Below the pieces are notes generated by a model. That model saw only the letters and a list, made by a program, of their open reading frames with translations, had not been told where the DNA came from and did no database searches. A program made the position numbers and the translations under genes. A DNA stretch of 64,000 bases, from positions 12,803-76,802 of the forward strand of contig JAIMAE010000001.1 of NCBI GenBank assembly GCA_023512105.1, written 5' to 3'. The stretch comes from Bacillota bacterium (GTDB lineage: Bacteria; Bacillota; Sulfobacillia; Sulfobacillales; Sulfobacillaceae). Positions 9,247 through 18,258 of the stretch are shown in pieces (positions within the stretch are counted from its first letter, which is position 1; every line of letters begins with the position of its first letter).

Positions 9247-9266
9247 CATAAATTCCCACCATGACC

Positions 9267-9722
9267 TTAACGCACGCGCAGTCCCGAGAGGTTGCTCAAG
9301 GCCGAGACCACCAGTTCGCGGACCTGTCCGGAAATCGTGCGGGGGGAGAGCTCTAACCAAAGCACGGCCGGATACCGGCAATGGGCCAGAACCTTATCCG
9401 CGCTTAGGCCCGGTTCGAGCCAGGTGAAGAAGCGGTATTGACGGCACAGCCGCTCCAAGATGGCCGCCGTCTGGTCCTGGGACCCGGCTTCAGAGGCGAT
9501 CAGCTCCACCGACTCGGGGAGAAGGTCAGGCAACACGCGCACCAATTCGCGGATCCAATCCTCGATCGAGGCCTCCACGTCGCGGGCGCGCAAGACCACG
9601 CTGAGCCCCAAGGGTCCCTGGCGAAGCGAGGGTCGGGCCAAGATTCGAGCGTAGAGCCACTCCAGTAAGGTGACCACCCCGTACAGAGCCAGGGCCAAAA
9701 AGAGGGCGCCAAGCCAGGTCAC
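9267..9722 (-). CDS. hypothetical membrane-anchored protein
   Basis: ORF 9267..9722. N-terminal TM is MTWLGALFLALALYGVVTLL. No family recognised. Confidence 0.5.
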   Translation of the reverse strand: MTWLGALFLALALYGVVTLLEWLYARILARPSLRQGPLGLSVVLRARDVEASIEDWIRELVRVLPDLLPESVELIASEAGSQDQTAAILERLCRQYRFFTWLEPGLSADKVLAHCRYPAVLWLELSPRTISGQVRELVVSALSNLSGLRVR

Positions 9723-9824
9723 TCCACACCCGTCCCTTCCTGCACGACTCCCTGTCCGATATATACGGGGAGGGAGAGCAGGAGATGACAGGAGCGTGCC
9801 GGCTTGACGCCGCGGGTGGCTTCC

Positions 9825-11027
9825 CTACCGCAACTTGGCGTAGACGCCAGCCCGTTCCTTGAGGGCATCGACGCGGCTTAATGCCTCCCAGGGGAGATGG
9901 AGGTCGGAACGGCCAAAATGGCCATAGGCGGCCGTGGGCTTGTAAATCGGCCGTTGCAAATCCAACGTGCGAATGATCGCCAAGGGGCGCAAGTCGAAGA
10001 CCTCTTGGACGATCTGGGCCAACTGGGAATCAGCCAGCTTTCCGGTGCCGAAGGTGTCGACCATGACCGAGATCGGACGGGCCACCCCAATCGCGTAGCT
10101 GACCTGAAGCTCAACGCGCTCGGCCAGGCAGGCCGCCACCAAGTTTTTGGCCACCCAGCGGGCGGCGTAAGACGCGGAGCGGTCGACTTTGGTGGGGTCT
10201 TTCCCGGAAAAGGCGCCGCCGCCATGGCGCGCGTAGCCCCCGTAGGTGTCGACGATGATCTTCCGCCCGGTGAGGCCCGAGTCTCCGTGCGGCCCTCCGA
10301 CCACAAAGCGCCCGGTGGGGTTGACCAATATCCGCGTGCGATCACCCATCCAGCGGCTGCCCAACACCGGGCGAATGACGTGTTCGACCACCGCCTCGGT
10401 CAGATCTTGATGGGAGACGTCGGGCATGTGCTGGGTGGAGACCAGTACGGTATCCACGGCCACCGGCCGCGAGTCCTCGTAGCGGACCGTGACCTGGGTC
10501 TTGCCGTCGGGCCACAAAAAAGGCACTTCGCCCCGTTTGCGCACCTCCGCCAGCCGGCGGGCCAAGGCGTGAGCCAGCGAAATGGGCAACGGCATCAGCT
10601 CCGGGGTCTCGTCGCAGGCGTACCCAAACACCATCCCCTGGTCCCCCGCCCCGATTTGTTCCAGTTCGTCGTCGGTGCCGGCCCGGGCTTCCAGCGCGCG
10701 GTCCACCCCTTGGGCGATGTCAGGGGATTGCTCGTCGATGGAGGTCAGGACGGCCACCGTATCGGCGTCAAACCCCATCTTGGCCCGCACGTAACCGATG
10801 TCGCGAATGGTCTGGCGGACGATGCGAGGGATGTCGATGTAGCATTTGGTCGAGATTTCTCCGACCACCATGGCAAAGCCGGTCGTCACCAAGGTCTCTG
10901 CCGCCACCCGGGCGGTGGCATCCCGCTCCAGAATCTCGTCTAAAATCGCGTCCGAAATCTGGTCCGCAATCTTGTCAGGGTGCCCTTCCGTGACCGATTC
11001 AGAGGTAAACAGGTAATCCCGACCCAT
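9825..11027 (-). CDS. metK: S-adenosylmethionine synthetase
   Basis: ORF 9825..11132 trimmed to ATG 11027. Motifs: [58 protein letters not shown]. Confidence 0.95.
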   Translation of the reverse strand: MGRDYLFTSESVTEGHPDKIADQISDAILDEILERDATARVAAETLVTTGFAMVVGEISTKCYIDIPRIVRQTIRDIGYVRAKMGFDADTVAVLTSIDEQSPDIAQGVDRALEARAGTDDELEQIGAGDQGMVFGYACDETPELMPLPISLAHALARRLAEVRKRGEVPFLWPDGKTQVTVRYEDSRPVAVDTVLVSTQHMPDVSHQDLTEAVVEHVIRPVLGSRWMGDRTRILVNPTGRFVVGGPHGDSGLTGRKIIVDTYGGYARHGGGAFSGKDPTKVDRSASYAARWVAKNLVAACLAERVELQVSYAIGVARPISVMVDTFGTGKLADSQLAQIVQEVFDLRPLAIIRTLDLQRPIYKPTAAYGHFGRSDLHLPWEALSRVDALKERAGVYAKLR

Positions 11028-11113
11028 CGTCATCCCCTTTCTCCGGGCTGGTTGCCCGGAACCGCGGCAAAAAGATGCAAAAACGCGCCCGCAGCCCCTG
11101 ATTTCGAATCGGA

Positions 11114-11143
11114 AGTATACCCTTGGCCTCAATGTATTGTCAA
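11114..11143 (-). promoter_or_regulatory. sigma-A-type promoter of metK
   Basis: Minus strand has TTGACA (11143..11138), an 18 nt spacer, then TATACT (11119..11114). This leaves a leader of about 80 nt. Confidence 0.55.
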
Positions 11144-11311
11144 TTGGTTACGGCGGAAGCTAATGGACGGGCTTGACCGGCTTGACCCGGGGGAGAGGGC
11201 ACGGTAGGGTGAGACCGGGACATGGTTGCGTCAAGTCGGTGATTTCTGGAGCTCTGTCAGTTCCACGGCTGGCCCTGCGCCATCCCCTGACAAGAAAGGA
11301 CAGGTGTTGCG

Positions 11312-12691
11312 TTGTCATCATCCCGCCCGCATCCTCAATACGGTACGGAAGTAGTTCGGGTCGAGCCGCTCGGGATCGAGCACATCCCTGCCCAAGAACG
11401 CCACGGCCACCCGCGGTCGGTCTTCACCCTATGGTGGGGGGCCAACGTGGAACTGGCCACCCTGACCACCGGCGTGGCCGCCGTCACCCTCTTCGGGCTT
11501 GGCTTCTGGCAGGCGGTAGTAGGCCTGGCGGTCGGCAACCTTTTGGGCGTGTTGGTGTTGGGGGCGCTCTCTACCTACGGCCCCCGGCTGGGGGTTCCCC
11601 AGCTGGTGCACTCCCGAGCCGCCTTTGGCTTTTACGGCAACTTTCTGCCCGGCGCGTTGAACCTAATAGCCGGTGCCCTGTGGTTTGCCGTCAACACAGT
11701 CCTCGGCACCTTCGCCATCACCGCTCTGTTTCCGATCGCCTTCTGGCTGGGCCTCCTCTTGATGGTGGCGCTCCAGGTGACGGTGGCGATCTTCGGCTAC
11801 AACATGATCCACGCCGTGGAGCGTTGGATGGCGGGCCTGCTCACCGTGGTCTTCGCCCTCATCTCCTTCTATGCCTTCTCCCACGCCGTCGCAGCCCAAC
11901 CTTTCAACCCGGCGGCGCCGCTGGCTAAACTGGTCGGACCGGTGGGGGGAACCGTCGAGGCGGTCGGGCTGGCGTTCTCGTACCTCCTGGGCTGGACGGT
12001 CTACGCCTCCGACTACACCCGCTATCTTCCGGAGAGCACCTCCCCCCGGGCGGTATTCACCTATGCGGCGACCGCCAATTTTCTCGCCTGCCTCTGGCTG
12101 GAGGTGTTAGGGGTGGCCTTGGCCACGATTTTCCCCAAAGCGGCCGCGGGCCCTGACCCGCTCGGCCTGGTGACCGCACTGCCCTCGCACGGGCTGGTGG
12201 CGCTGGCCTTAGTCGCCGTCATCGCGGGGACGCTGACCGCCAACGTGTTGAACATCTACTCGGCTTCTCTCTCGGCGCTGGTCCTCAACGTGCCCCTTCG
12301 CCGGTGGGGCGCCGCCCTAGGCGTAGGTCTTGGCGGCGGGATATTGGCCTGGCTCGGCCACCGCTCTTACTACCTGGCCTTCGAAAATTTTCTCTTCTTG
12401 TTGGCCTATTGGCTTGCCCCTTGGGCGGCGGTGGCGCTGGTGGACTATTTTCTGGTCCATCGCGGCCGGTATAGGGAAGGATTCTTCTACGACCCTCGAC
12501 GACGCCTTCACTTCGGCCTCTGGGCCTGGGTGGGCGGGATTGCGGTATCCCTGCCCTTCTTCAACCAAAGCCTTTACGTCGGATGGGTGGCCAGGCACCT
12601 CCCTCATCTCGGGGACGTTGCCTACTACGTGGGGTTTGTGGGAGCCGCGCTCTTGTATTGGCTGAGTCATAGGCTGTTAGGGAGGCGATGA
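11312..12691 (+). CDS. NCS1-family nucleobase (purine/cytosine-type) permease
   Basis: ORF 11312..12691 with a TTG start. About 12 hydrophobic segments. The N-terminal ...IPAQERHGHPRSVFTLWWGANVELATL is typical of CodB/NCS1. ATGA overlap with apt. Confidence 0.7.
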   Translation: MSSSRPHPQYGTEVVRVEPLGIEHIPAQERHGHPRSVFTLWWGANVELATLTTGVAAVTLFGLGFWQAVVGLAVGNLLGVLVLGALSTYGPRLGVPQLVHSRAAFGFYGNFLPGALNLIAGALWFAVNTVLGTFAITALFPIAFWLGLLLMVALQVTVAIFGYNMIHAVERWMAGLLTVVFALISFYAFSHAVAAQPFNPAAPLAKLVGPVGGTVEAVGLAFSYLLGWTVYASDYTRYLPESTSPRAVFTYAATANFLACLWLEVLGVALATIFPKAAAGPDPLGLVTALPSHGLVALALVAVIAGTLTANVLNIYSASLSALVLNVPLRRWGAALGVGLGGGILAWLGHRSYYLAFENFLFLLAYWLAPWAAVALVDYFLVHRGRYREGFFYDPRRRLHFGLWAWVGGIAVSLPFFNQSLYVGWVARHLPHLGDVAYYVGFVGAALLYWLSHRLLGRR

Positions 12692-13230
12692 AGGTGGATG
12701 GCGAACCCCCTTTGGACTCCGCGCTCTGGTGGGAGCGGGTGCGCACGGTGGACGACTTTCCCAAACCCGGCGTGCGCTTCTACGACCTGTTGCCGGTCTT
12801 TGCCGATCCCGACGCCTTTGCCGCCTTGGTGAGCGGCCTCGCGGAGCTCATCGCCCCCCTCCATCCGGATTTGCTGGCCGCCCCGGAAGCCCGCGCCTTT
12901 CTCTTGGTGGGAGCAGTGGCGGACCGACTGCGAACCGGGGTGCTGGCGTTGCGCAAGCCGGGCAAAATTCCTCCTCCGACTTTCGGCGAAGGATATCAGC
13001 TGGAATATGGCCAGGCGGCGTTGGAGGCGGTGGCCGAGCCGGTGCCGGGGCGAAAGGTGGTGATCCTCGACGACGTGCTGGCCACCGGCGGCACGGTGAC
13101 CGCGGCGGCCCGACTGGCCGAGCGTTTGGGAGCACGGATCGCCGGCTATGCGTTCGCCCTGGAGATCGTCGCTTTGGGCGGGCGCCGGCGGCTTTCCGGA
13201 GGACCGGTGGTCAGTTTGCGGCAGGTCTGA
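12688..13230 (+). CDS. apt: adenine phosphoribosyltransferase
   Basis: ORF 12688..13230. Motifs: DFPKPGVRFYDLLPVF and the PRPP loop VVILDDVLATGGT. Confidence 0.9.
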   Translation: MKVDGEPPLDSALWWERVRTVDDFPKPGVRFYDLLPVFADPDAFAALVSGLAELIAPLHPDLLAAPEARAFLLVGAVADRLRTGVLALRKPGKIPPPTFGEGYQLEYGQAALEAVAEPVPGRKVVILDDVLATGGTVTAAARLAERLGARIAGYAFALEIVALGGRRRLSGGPVVSLRQV

Positions 13231-13254
13231 AGCCGGGGCCAATAATACGGGGAG

Positions 13255-13277
13255 GCCCGCCCAAGATAAGGGCGGGT
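13255..13277. terminator. possible bidirectional hairpin between convergent apt and spoIIID
   Basis: GCCCGCCC-AAGATAA-GGGCGGGT. Only a weak U-tract, on the minus-strand side. Confidence 0.3.
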
Positions 13278-13304
13278 GCCGGATCCAGCGCACAGCCTTT
13301 CTAT

Positions 13305-13568
13305 TCAATCGGCGACGGGATTTTTGACTCGGAACTTTTGGCGGGTGGCTTCACCTCCTCGAATGTGGCGCTCGGCTTTGTTGACCTCCAGGATCTTCTT
13401 GACCTGGCTGGCCAATTGGGCGTTGATTTTGGGGAGACGTTCCGTCACATCTTTGTGCACGGTGCTCTTGGACACCCCGAACACCCTGGCCGTGTCGCGA
13501 ACCGTGGCGCCGTGTCGCAAGATGTAGTTGCCAATCTCGACAACCCGTTGCCAGATGTGGTCTTTCAC
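13305..13568 (-). CDS. spoIIID: sporulation transcription regulator SpoIIID
   Basis: ORF 13305..13595. VKDHIWQRVVEIGNYILRHGATVRDTARVFGVSKSTVHKDVTERLPKINAQLASQVKKIL...HIRGGEATRQK follows the SpoIIID HTH pattern closely. GTG 13568 lies 8 nt after AGGGG. Confidence 0.85.
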   Translation of the reverse strand: MKDHIWQRVVEIGNYILRHGATVRDTARVFGVSKSTVHKDVTERLPKINAQLASQVKKILEVNKAERHIRGGEATRQKFRVKNPVAD

Positions 13569-13615
13569 CGCTCCGGCCCCTTTCTCCCCCCGCAATTTGC
13601 TAGACTATATGGCCG

Positions 13616-13654
13616 GATAAAAAGAAAAATGCCAGAGCCTTGACTCTGGCATTT
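13616..13654 (-). terminator. intrinsic terminator after the LytM-domain gene
   Basis: Minus strand reads AAATGCCAGAG-TCAAGG-CTCTGGCATTT followed by TTCTTTTTAT. Confidence 0.75.
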
Positions 13655-13684
13655 AGTGGCTGTGCTGTAAGCGCTCTCCGTCGA

Positions 13685-14272
13685 TTACGACGAGGGGTGG
13701 AGATACGACAGCGGATCCGAGGGAACCTGTCCGTGGAAGATTTGGAAGTCCACGTGAGACCCCGGTTGCCGGGCATAGATGCTGGCCGCTCCCACCGTAC
13801 CGATGGTGTCGCCTTGGTGCACGGTCATTCCGACCTTCACCGCGGCTTGGCCGAGGTGCCCGTAGACGGTGCGAAAGCCGTTGCCGTCGTCTACCGTGAC
13901 CACCAGCCCCATCGGAGCCTCATTCTTGACCGCCGTCACCGTCCCGCCCCACGCCGCGCGCACCGTGGCTCCGTCAGGGGCGGCGATGGTCACTCCCGGG
14001 TTGTAGTACCACTGGTTAAGCGCCCCGGAGTACTGCCATCCAAATCCGGCCACCACCTTGCCGCTGACCGGCATCATCAGCGGCGCCGCCGTCGGCCCCT
14101 GGTTGACTGGGTTGACATTTGCTCCTTGCGGATGAGGCCGACTGGTTTGGGTGGTAACCGGACTGGTGACGCTCAAGGACCGGTTGTGCTGTAACAACAG
14201 GACCACCCCGGCCGCGACCAGGAGCGCCGCTCCAGCCACGATGGCCCATAAGCTCCGACGTCGATTTGCCAT
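13685..14272 (-). CDS. membrane-anchored degenerate LytM/M23-domain protein (SpoIIQ-like)
   Basis: ORF 13685..14335 trimmed to ATG 14272 (MANRRRSLWAIVAGAALLVAAGVVLLL, one TM). M23 scaffold is GVTIAAPDGATVRAAWGGTV...TVYGHLG...GSHVDFQIFH, but HxxxD is replaced by NPGVT and HxH by HVD. Confidence 0.65.
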   Translation of the reverse strand: MANRRRSLWAIVAGAALLVAAGVVLLLQHNRSLSVTSPVTTQTSRPHPQGANVNPVNQGPTAAPLMMPVSGKVVAGFGWQYSGALNQWYYNPGVTIAAPDGATVRAAWGGTVTAVKNEAPMGLVVTVDDGNGFRTVYGHLGQAAVKVGMTVHQGDTIGTVGAASIYARQPGSHVDFQIFHGQVPSDPLSYLHPSS

Positions 14273-14405
14273 TCCCACTCCCGCTTTCTTCCCCGCATGC
14301 GAGGTTGTAACCGGCCCCAGGGCCGGTGCGATCAAAGGAGCTGAAGGCTCCTCTGTTCATCCCCCAGGATGCCCAGTTGTGCCCATCTTTAACCATATTT
14401 GGGAA

Positions 14406-15125
14406 TTAATAGGGGACCGTGATCAAAGGCGAACCGACGTAGACTTCGTTGGCGCGAAGGGTGTCGTTGTAGGTGATGGCGACTTGGAAATCCACCCGTT
14501 GGGCGCCGAGCTGGTCCGACTGGCTAAGACGCGGGGTATAGGCGGCCACCGAGATCAAGTGGTCGGTGTCGAGCGGATTGACCGGCTTGGCCCCGATCGC
14601 CCCCAGGACCTTATCGACCACCGCTTGGCGTTGCCGATTCGTCCAAGGCGCGCCGGGAGCCGCTCCCTCCAGCGTCGCCGCCAGGTGCACGACGCCGCCG
14701 GGGGCCATCTGCCGAATCCATTGGGGCAGTAGGTAGACCGCGCTCGCCAGTCCAGCCGCGCCACGACCACCGGCTCGGTCTAACACCACATAGGTGGCAC
14801 CGGAATGCAACCGCTCGACGATCGCCTCGGTGGTCACTCCCGCCACCGTTTGCGTCACCCAGGCCTTGTCGTAGTCCAGCCCGCGAGTCACCCGTAACGC
14901 CCCGTGCAGCCCGGCCATCTCGGCCAACTGCTGCGCGGTGGCGGACAGGCGGGAGGCATCCTCGGACCCTGGCAGCACCGCCCAGGCGTTGACGCTCCAC
15001 CCGCGGGGAGCCGCCGAGGAGGCGCTCAGCGCCTGCTCCAAGGTCGCCACCAATGCCGAAGGAGCCCGAGACCCCACCCAGAGCAACAACCCGATGGCCA
15101 CCATCCATCCGATTGCCCGAAGCAA
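14406..15125 (-). CDS. YwmB-like (DUF1779-type) protein
   Basis: ORF 14406..15125. Has an N-terminal signal/TM, is about 240 aa, and ends ...VYVGSPLITVPY. I recall ywmB lying just downstream of atpC in B. subtilis. The family call is from memory. Confidence 0.45.
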   Translation of the reverse strand: MLRAIGWMVAIGLLLWVGSRAPSALVATLEQALSASSAAPRGWSVNAWAVLPGSEDASRLSATAQQLAEMAGLHGALRVTRGLDYDKAWVTQTVAGVTTEAIVERLHSGATYVVLDRAGGRGAAGLASAVYLLPQWIRQMAPGGVVHLAATLEGAAPGAPWTNRQRQAVVDKVLGAIGAKPVNPLDTDHLISVAAYTPRLSQSDQLGAQRVDFQVAITYNDTLRANEVYVGSPLITVPY

Positions 15126-15180
15126 CCCGCTCCCCCCTTTTCCCAGATTGTTCCACCGGGAGAGGGGTTTGATACCTCAC

Positions 15181-15207
15181 AAAAAAAGCCCGCCACTGCC
15201 GGCGGGC
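15181..15207 (-). terminator. intrinsic terminator after the qox operon
   Basis: Minus strand reads GCCCGCC-GGCAGT-GGCGGGC followed by TTTTTTT. Confidence 0.75.
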
Positions 15208-15223
15208 CATTCTTGCCCTCGGA

Positions 15224-15589
15224 TTACGACACGCCCGACTTAAACAGCATCACCCAGATCGACATCCCTACCAACCCGACGGCGATGAAAAGGGCCAACG
15301 CCAACCCGGCGATCTGCCAGCTGGGGCCGCGGCTTTCGCGCAGATGCATGAACACGCCGAGCTGCAGTCCGGCTTGGGCCACCGCCAAGCCCAAGATCAG
15401 GGTCATCAGGGCGGTGGGTGGCCACAGGTGTTGCGCCACGGCGCCGAAGGCGGCGAAGGTCAAGGCCAGTGACCCCACGTAGCCCCACAACTTGCCCCAG
15501 GGGAACCGGCGGTCGTCTTCAAAATGGGCATGGAGGTAGCGCACGGGCTCTTGGTCGGGGTGAAGCGCCGGTTCAGTTGGATGCGACAT
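15224..15589 (-). CDS. qoxD: quinol oxidase subunit IV
   Basis: ORF 15224..15589. Small 3-TM protein directly after subunit III, a CyoD/QoxD-type arrangement. Confidence 0.75.
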   Translation of the reverse strand: MSHPTEPALHPDQEPVRYLHAHFEDDRRFPWGKLWGYVGSLALTFAAFGAVAQHLWPPTALMTLILGLAVAQAGLQLGVFMHLRESRGPSWQIAGLALALFIAVGLVGMSIWVMLFKSGVS

Positions 15590-15651
15590 AGCGCACCGTC
15601 CTCTCCTCTCCGATTCTCAACACTGCCAACCGCGGATCTTCGCCTAAGGCC

Positions 15652-16266
15652 CTAGGTCAACTTGCCGCCCAGGTAGACCACGGTGAAGATGAAGATCCAG
15701 ACCACGTCCAAGAAGTGCCAGTACAGCGAGAAGGTAAAGAGCTTGCGGGCGGTGATGGCGTTGAGTCCCCGCTGACTTAATTGGACCAAGAGGGCCAGGG
15801 CCATCAGGATCCCGAAGGTGACGTGGGCGCCGTGCGTGCCCACCAGCGCGAAGAAACTGGACAAAAACGCACTTTGGTGCCAAGTGTAGCCCTGGGCCAC
15901 GTCGGCGACAAACTCGCTCACCTCGGTGACCACGAAGGCCGCGCCTAAGAGCAGGGTCACCAGCAGCCATGCCGTCATTGCCCGCGTCTGACCTCGCCGC
16001 ATCGCCCAGATGGAGAGGCCCACGGTGAAGCTCGAGGTCAGAAGCAGCAAGGTCTCGAACAAGGCCGGGCCCAGGTGGAAGAACTCCGCCGGGTCGGGCC
16101 CCCCGCCCATCCCCCCTTGATAGACGGCGTATAGAGCGAACAGGCTGGCGAAGATCAACACGTCGGTCACCAGGAACATCCAGAACCCGGTGATCTTGAT
16201 GCTCTCCTCGTGGTTGGCAAACTCGAGCGGCATCCCCTCAAGCTCGCGCTCTAGCGGAAGACTCAT
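15652..16266 (-). CDS. qoxC: quinol oxidase subunit III
   Basis: ORF 15652..16266. About 5 TM, with ...FFALVGTHGAHVTFGI...LYWHFLDVVWIFIFTVVYL typical of heme-copper oxidase subunit III. ATGA overlap with subunit I. Confidence 0.85.
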   Translation of the reverse strand: MSLPLERELEGMPLEFANHEESIKITGFWMFLVTDVLIFASLFALYAVYQGGMGGGPDPAEFFHLGPALFETLLLLTSSFTVGLSIWAMRRGQTRAMTAWLLVTLLLGAAFVVTEVSEFVADVAQGYTWHQSAFLSSFFALVGTHGAHVTFGILMALALLVQLSQRGLNAITARKLFTFSLYWHFLDVVWIFIFTVVYLGGKLT

Positions 16267-18251
16267 GCCTCTAACCTCCCCAGCGCCGCCTCGGTGCGGC
16301 GGATGACGTCGGGATGGACGTGTTTTTTGTCGTCGTAGTCAAAGCCAAACCAGAGCATGCTGGCCAAGACCACCACGATGCCGGCGATGCCGATCCACCA
16401 CCAGCGGAAGACCAGCCCAAACCCCATGATGAAAAAGCCCAGGCCCAGGAAGAACGGCATCCCGGTGTTGCGCGGCAGCTCGAGGGCCGCCACCTCTTCC
16501 GGCCGCACCCGTTTGACCTGGTTGGCCCTCCCCTCGGCCTTCATCGCCCACCAGGCATCGCGGGCGGTGACCACCGGGATGCGGGCGAAGTTGTACTCGG
16601 GTGCCGGCGAAGGCAGCGACCATTCGAGGGTCCTCCCGTCCCAGGGATCCCCGGTCAGGTCGCGCTCCCCGTGCTGCATGCTCCAGAGCACGTTGTAGAC
16701 GAGCACCAGGAACCCGGCTCCCATGATGTAGGCGCCGACGGTGGAGATGAAGTTGAGCTCGTGCCAACCAAATCCAAACGGATAGGTCCAAAGGCGCCGC
16801 GTCATCCCTTGCAGCCCGAGCAGGTACTGCGGGCCGAAGGTGATCCAAAAGCCGAGGAAAAACAGCCAGAACGCCCACTGGCCTTGCCGTTCGTCCAGCT
16901 TGTAGCCAAACATCTTCGGCCACCAGTAGTACAGCCCGGAAAGCAGGCCAAAGACGGTCCCACCAATCAGGGTGTTGTGAAAGTGCGCCACCAGGAAGTA
17001 GGTGTTGTGCAGCTGGTAGTCGACCGGCACGGTGGCCAACAGCACCCCGGTGGCGCCACCCACCACGAAGGTGGGGATGAAGGCCAGCTGGTAGAGCATG
17101 GCCACGGTGAGGCGAATCCGGCCTCCCCACATGGTAAAGATCCAGTTGAAGATCTTCACCCCGGTGGGGATGGCGATTAGCATGGTGGAAAGCCCGAAGA
17201 AGACGTTGACGCCGGGCCCCGCGCCCATGGTGAAGAAGTGGTGGACCCAGGTGCCGTAGCTGAGCACCATGATCGCGATCACCGACAACACCATCGCCGA
17301 GTAGCCGAACAGCGGCTTCCTGGCGTAGGTAGCGACCACTTCGGAGAAGATGCCGAACGCCGGCAGGACCACGATGTAGACCTCGGGGTGGCCGAACAGC
17401 CAGAACAGATTGACGTACATCATCGGCATGCCACCGTGCCCGAGGGTGTAAAACGAGGCCCCAAACAGCCGGTCGAGCAGCGAGGTGCCCAAGGCCACCG
17501 TGAGCGGCGGGAAGGCAAAGAGGATCAGGGCCGAGGTGCACAGTGCGGTCCAGGCGAAGAGCGGCATCCGCCAGAGTGTCATCCCCGGAGCGCGCATGCG
17601 CAGGATGGTGACCAGGAAGTTAATTCCGGTGATGGTGGTCCCAATCCCCGAGATGAAGAGGGACATGAAATAGTAATCTTCCCCCGGCCCGGGGTTGAAG
17701 GCCAGCTCGGTGAGCGGCGGGTAGGCGGTCCAGCCGGCGTTGGGCGAGCCTCCGACCACGAACGAGATGTTGAAGAGCAAGGCGCCGAAGGCAAACAGCC
17801 AGAAACTGACGGCGTTGAGCCGGGGAAAGGCCACGTCTCGGGCGCCGATCATCAAGGGGATGATGGCGTTGAAGAGGGCGAAGATGAGCGGCATGGCCAT
17901 GAAGAAGATCATGATCGTGCCGTGGGTGGTAAAGACCTCGTTGTACTCCTCGGCGTTGATGAAATGGACGCTCGGCAGCGCCAAGTTGGTCCGCATCATC
18001 AGCGCGTCCACCCCGCCGCGGAAGAGCATGGCGATGGCCGCGATCAGGTACATGACCCCGATCTTCTTGTGGTCGACGGTGGTCAGCCATTCCCGCCACA
18101 GCCAGCCCCATTTCTTCTGCCGCGTCAGCACGGTGACGATGATGACCCCAGTGGCGAGGATCAAGACATCGGCCCCAAGCTCGGTCGGGCGCAAGACGGT
18201 GGGGGGAAACAGCGTATGAAGGAGATAGCTCAAAGCAGCCTGCATCGTCAT
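16263..18251 (-). CDS. qoxB: heme-copper quinol oxidase subunit I
   Basis: ORF 16263..18251. Motifs: DHKKIGVMY, WLFGHPEVYIVVLPAFG, VWVHHFFTMG, HFHNTLIGG. Confidence 0.9.
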   Translation of the reverse strand: MTMQAALSYLLHTLFPPTVLRPTELGADVLILATGVIIVTVLTRQKKWGWLWREWLTTVDHKKIGVMYLIAAIAMLFRGGVDALMMRTNLALPSVHFINAEEYNEVFTTHGTIMIFFMAMPLIFALFNAIIPLMIGARDVAFPRLNAVSFWLFAFGALLFNISFVVGGSPNAGWTAYPPLTELAFNPGPGEDYYFMSLFISGIGTTITGINFLVTILRMRAPGMTLWRMPLFAWTALCTSALILFAFPPLTVALGTSLLDRLFGASFYTLGHGGMPMMYVNLFWLFGHPEVYIVVLPAFGIFSEVVATYARKPLFGYSAMVLSVIAIMVLSYGTWVHHFFTMGAGPGVNVFFGLSTMLIAIPTGVKIFNWIFTMWGGRIRLTVAMLYQLAFIPTFVVGGATGVLLATVPVDYQLHNTYFLVAHFHNTLIGGTVFGLLSGLYYWWPKMFGYKLDERQGQWAFWLFFLGFWITFGPQYLLGLQGMTRRLWTYPFGFGWHELNFISTVGAYIMGAGFLVLVYNVLWSMQHGERDLTGDPWDGRTLEWSLPSPAPEYNFARIPVVTARDAWWAMKAEGRANQVKRVRPEEVAALELPRNTGMPFFLGLGFFIMGFGLVFRWWWIGIAGIVVVLASMLWFGFDYDDKKHVHPDVIRRTEAALGRLEA

Positions 18252-18258
18252 CCCCCTT

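Noticed and set aside
9100-9266. A chromosomal replication origin (oriC).
   Set aside because: The DnaA boxes are real, but there is no adjacent dnaA or dnaN, no clear AT-rich unwinding element and no 13-mer/27-mer repeats. The boxes sit upstream of an ordinary csp promoter.
11028-11113. SAM-I (S-box) or SMK riboswitch upstream of metK.
   Set aside because: The leader is only about 80 nt. It lacks the conserved S-box strings (GAGGGA, AUGAAGCC, GGUGCCAAUUCC context), and only GGCAACC is present. The resemblance to the SMK box is limited to the purine-rich RBS.
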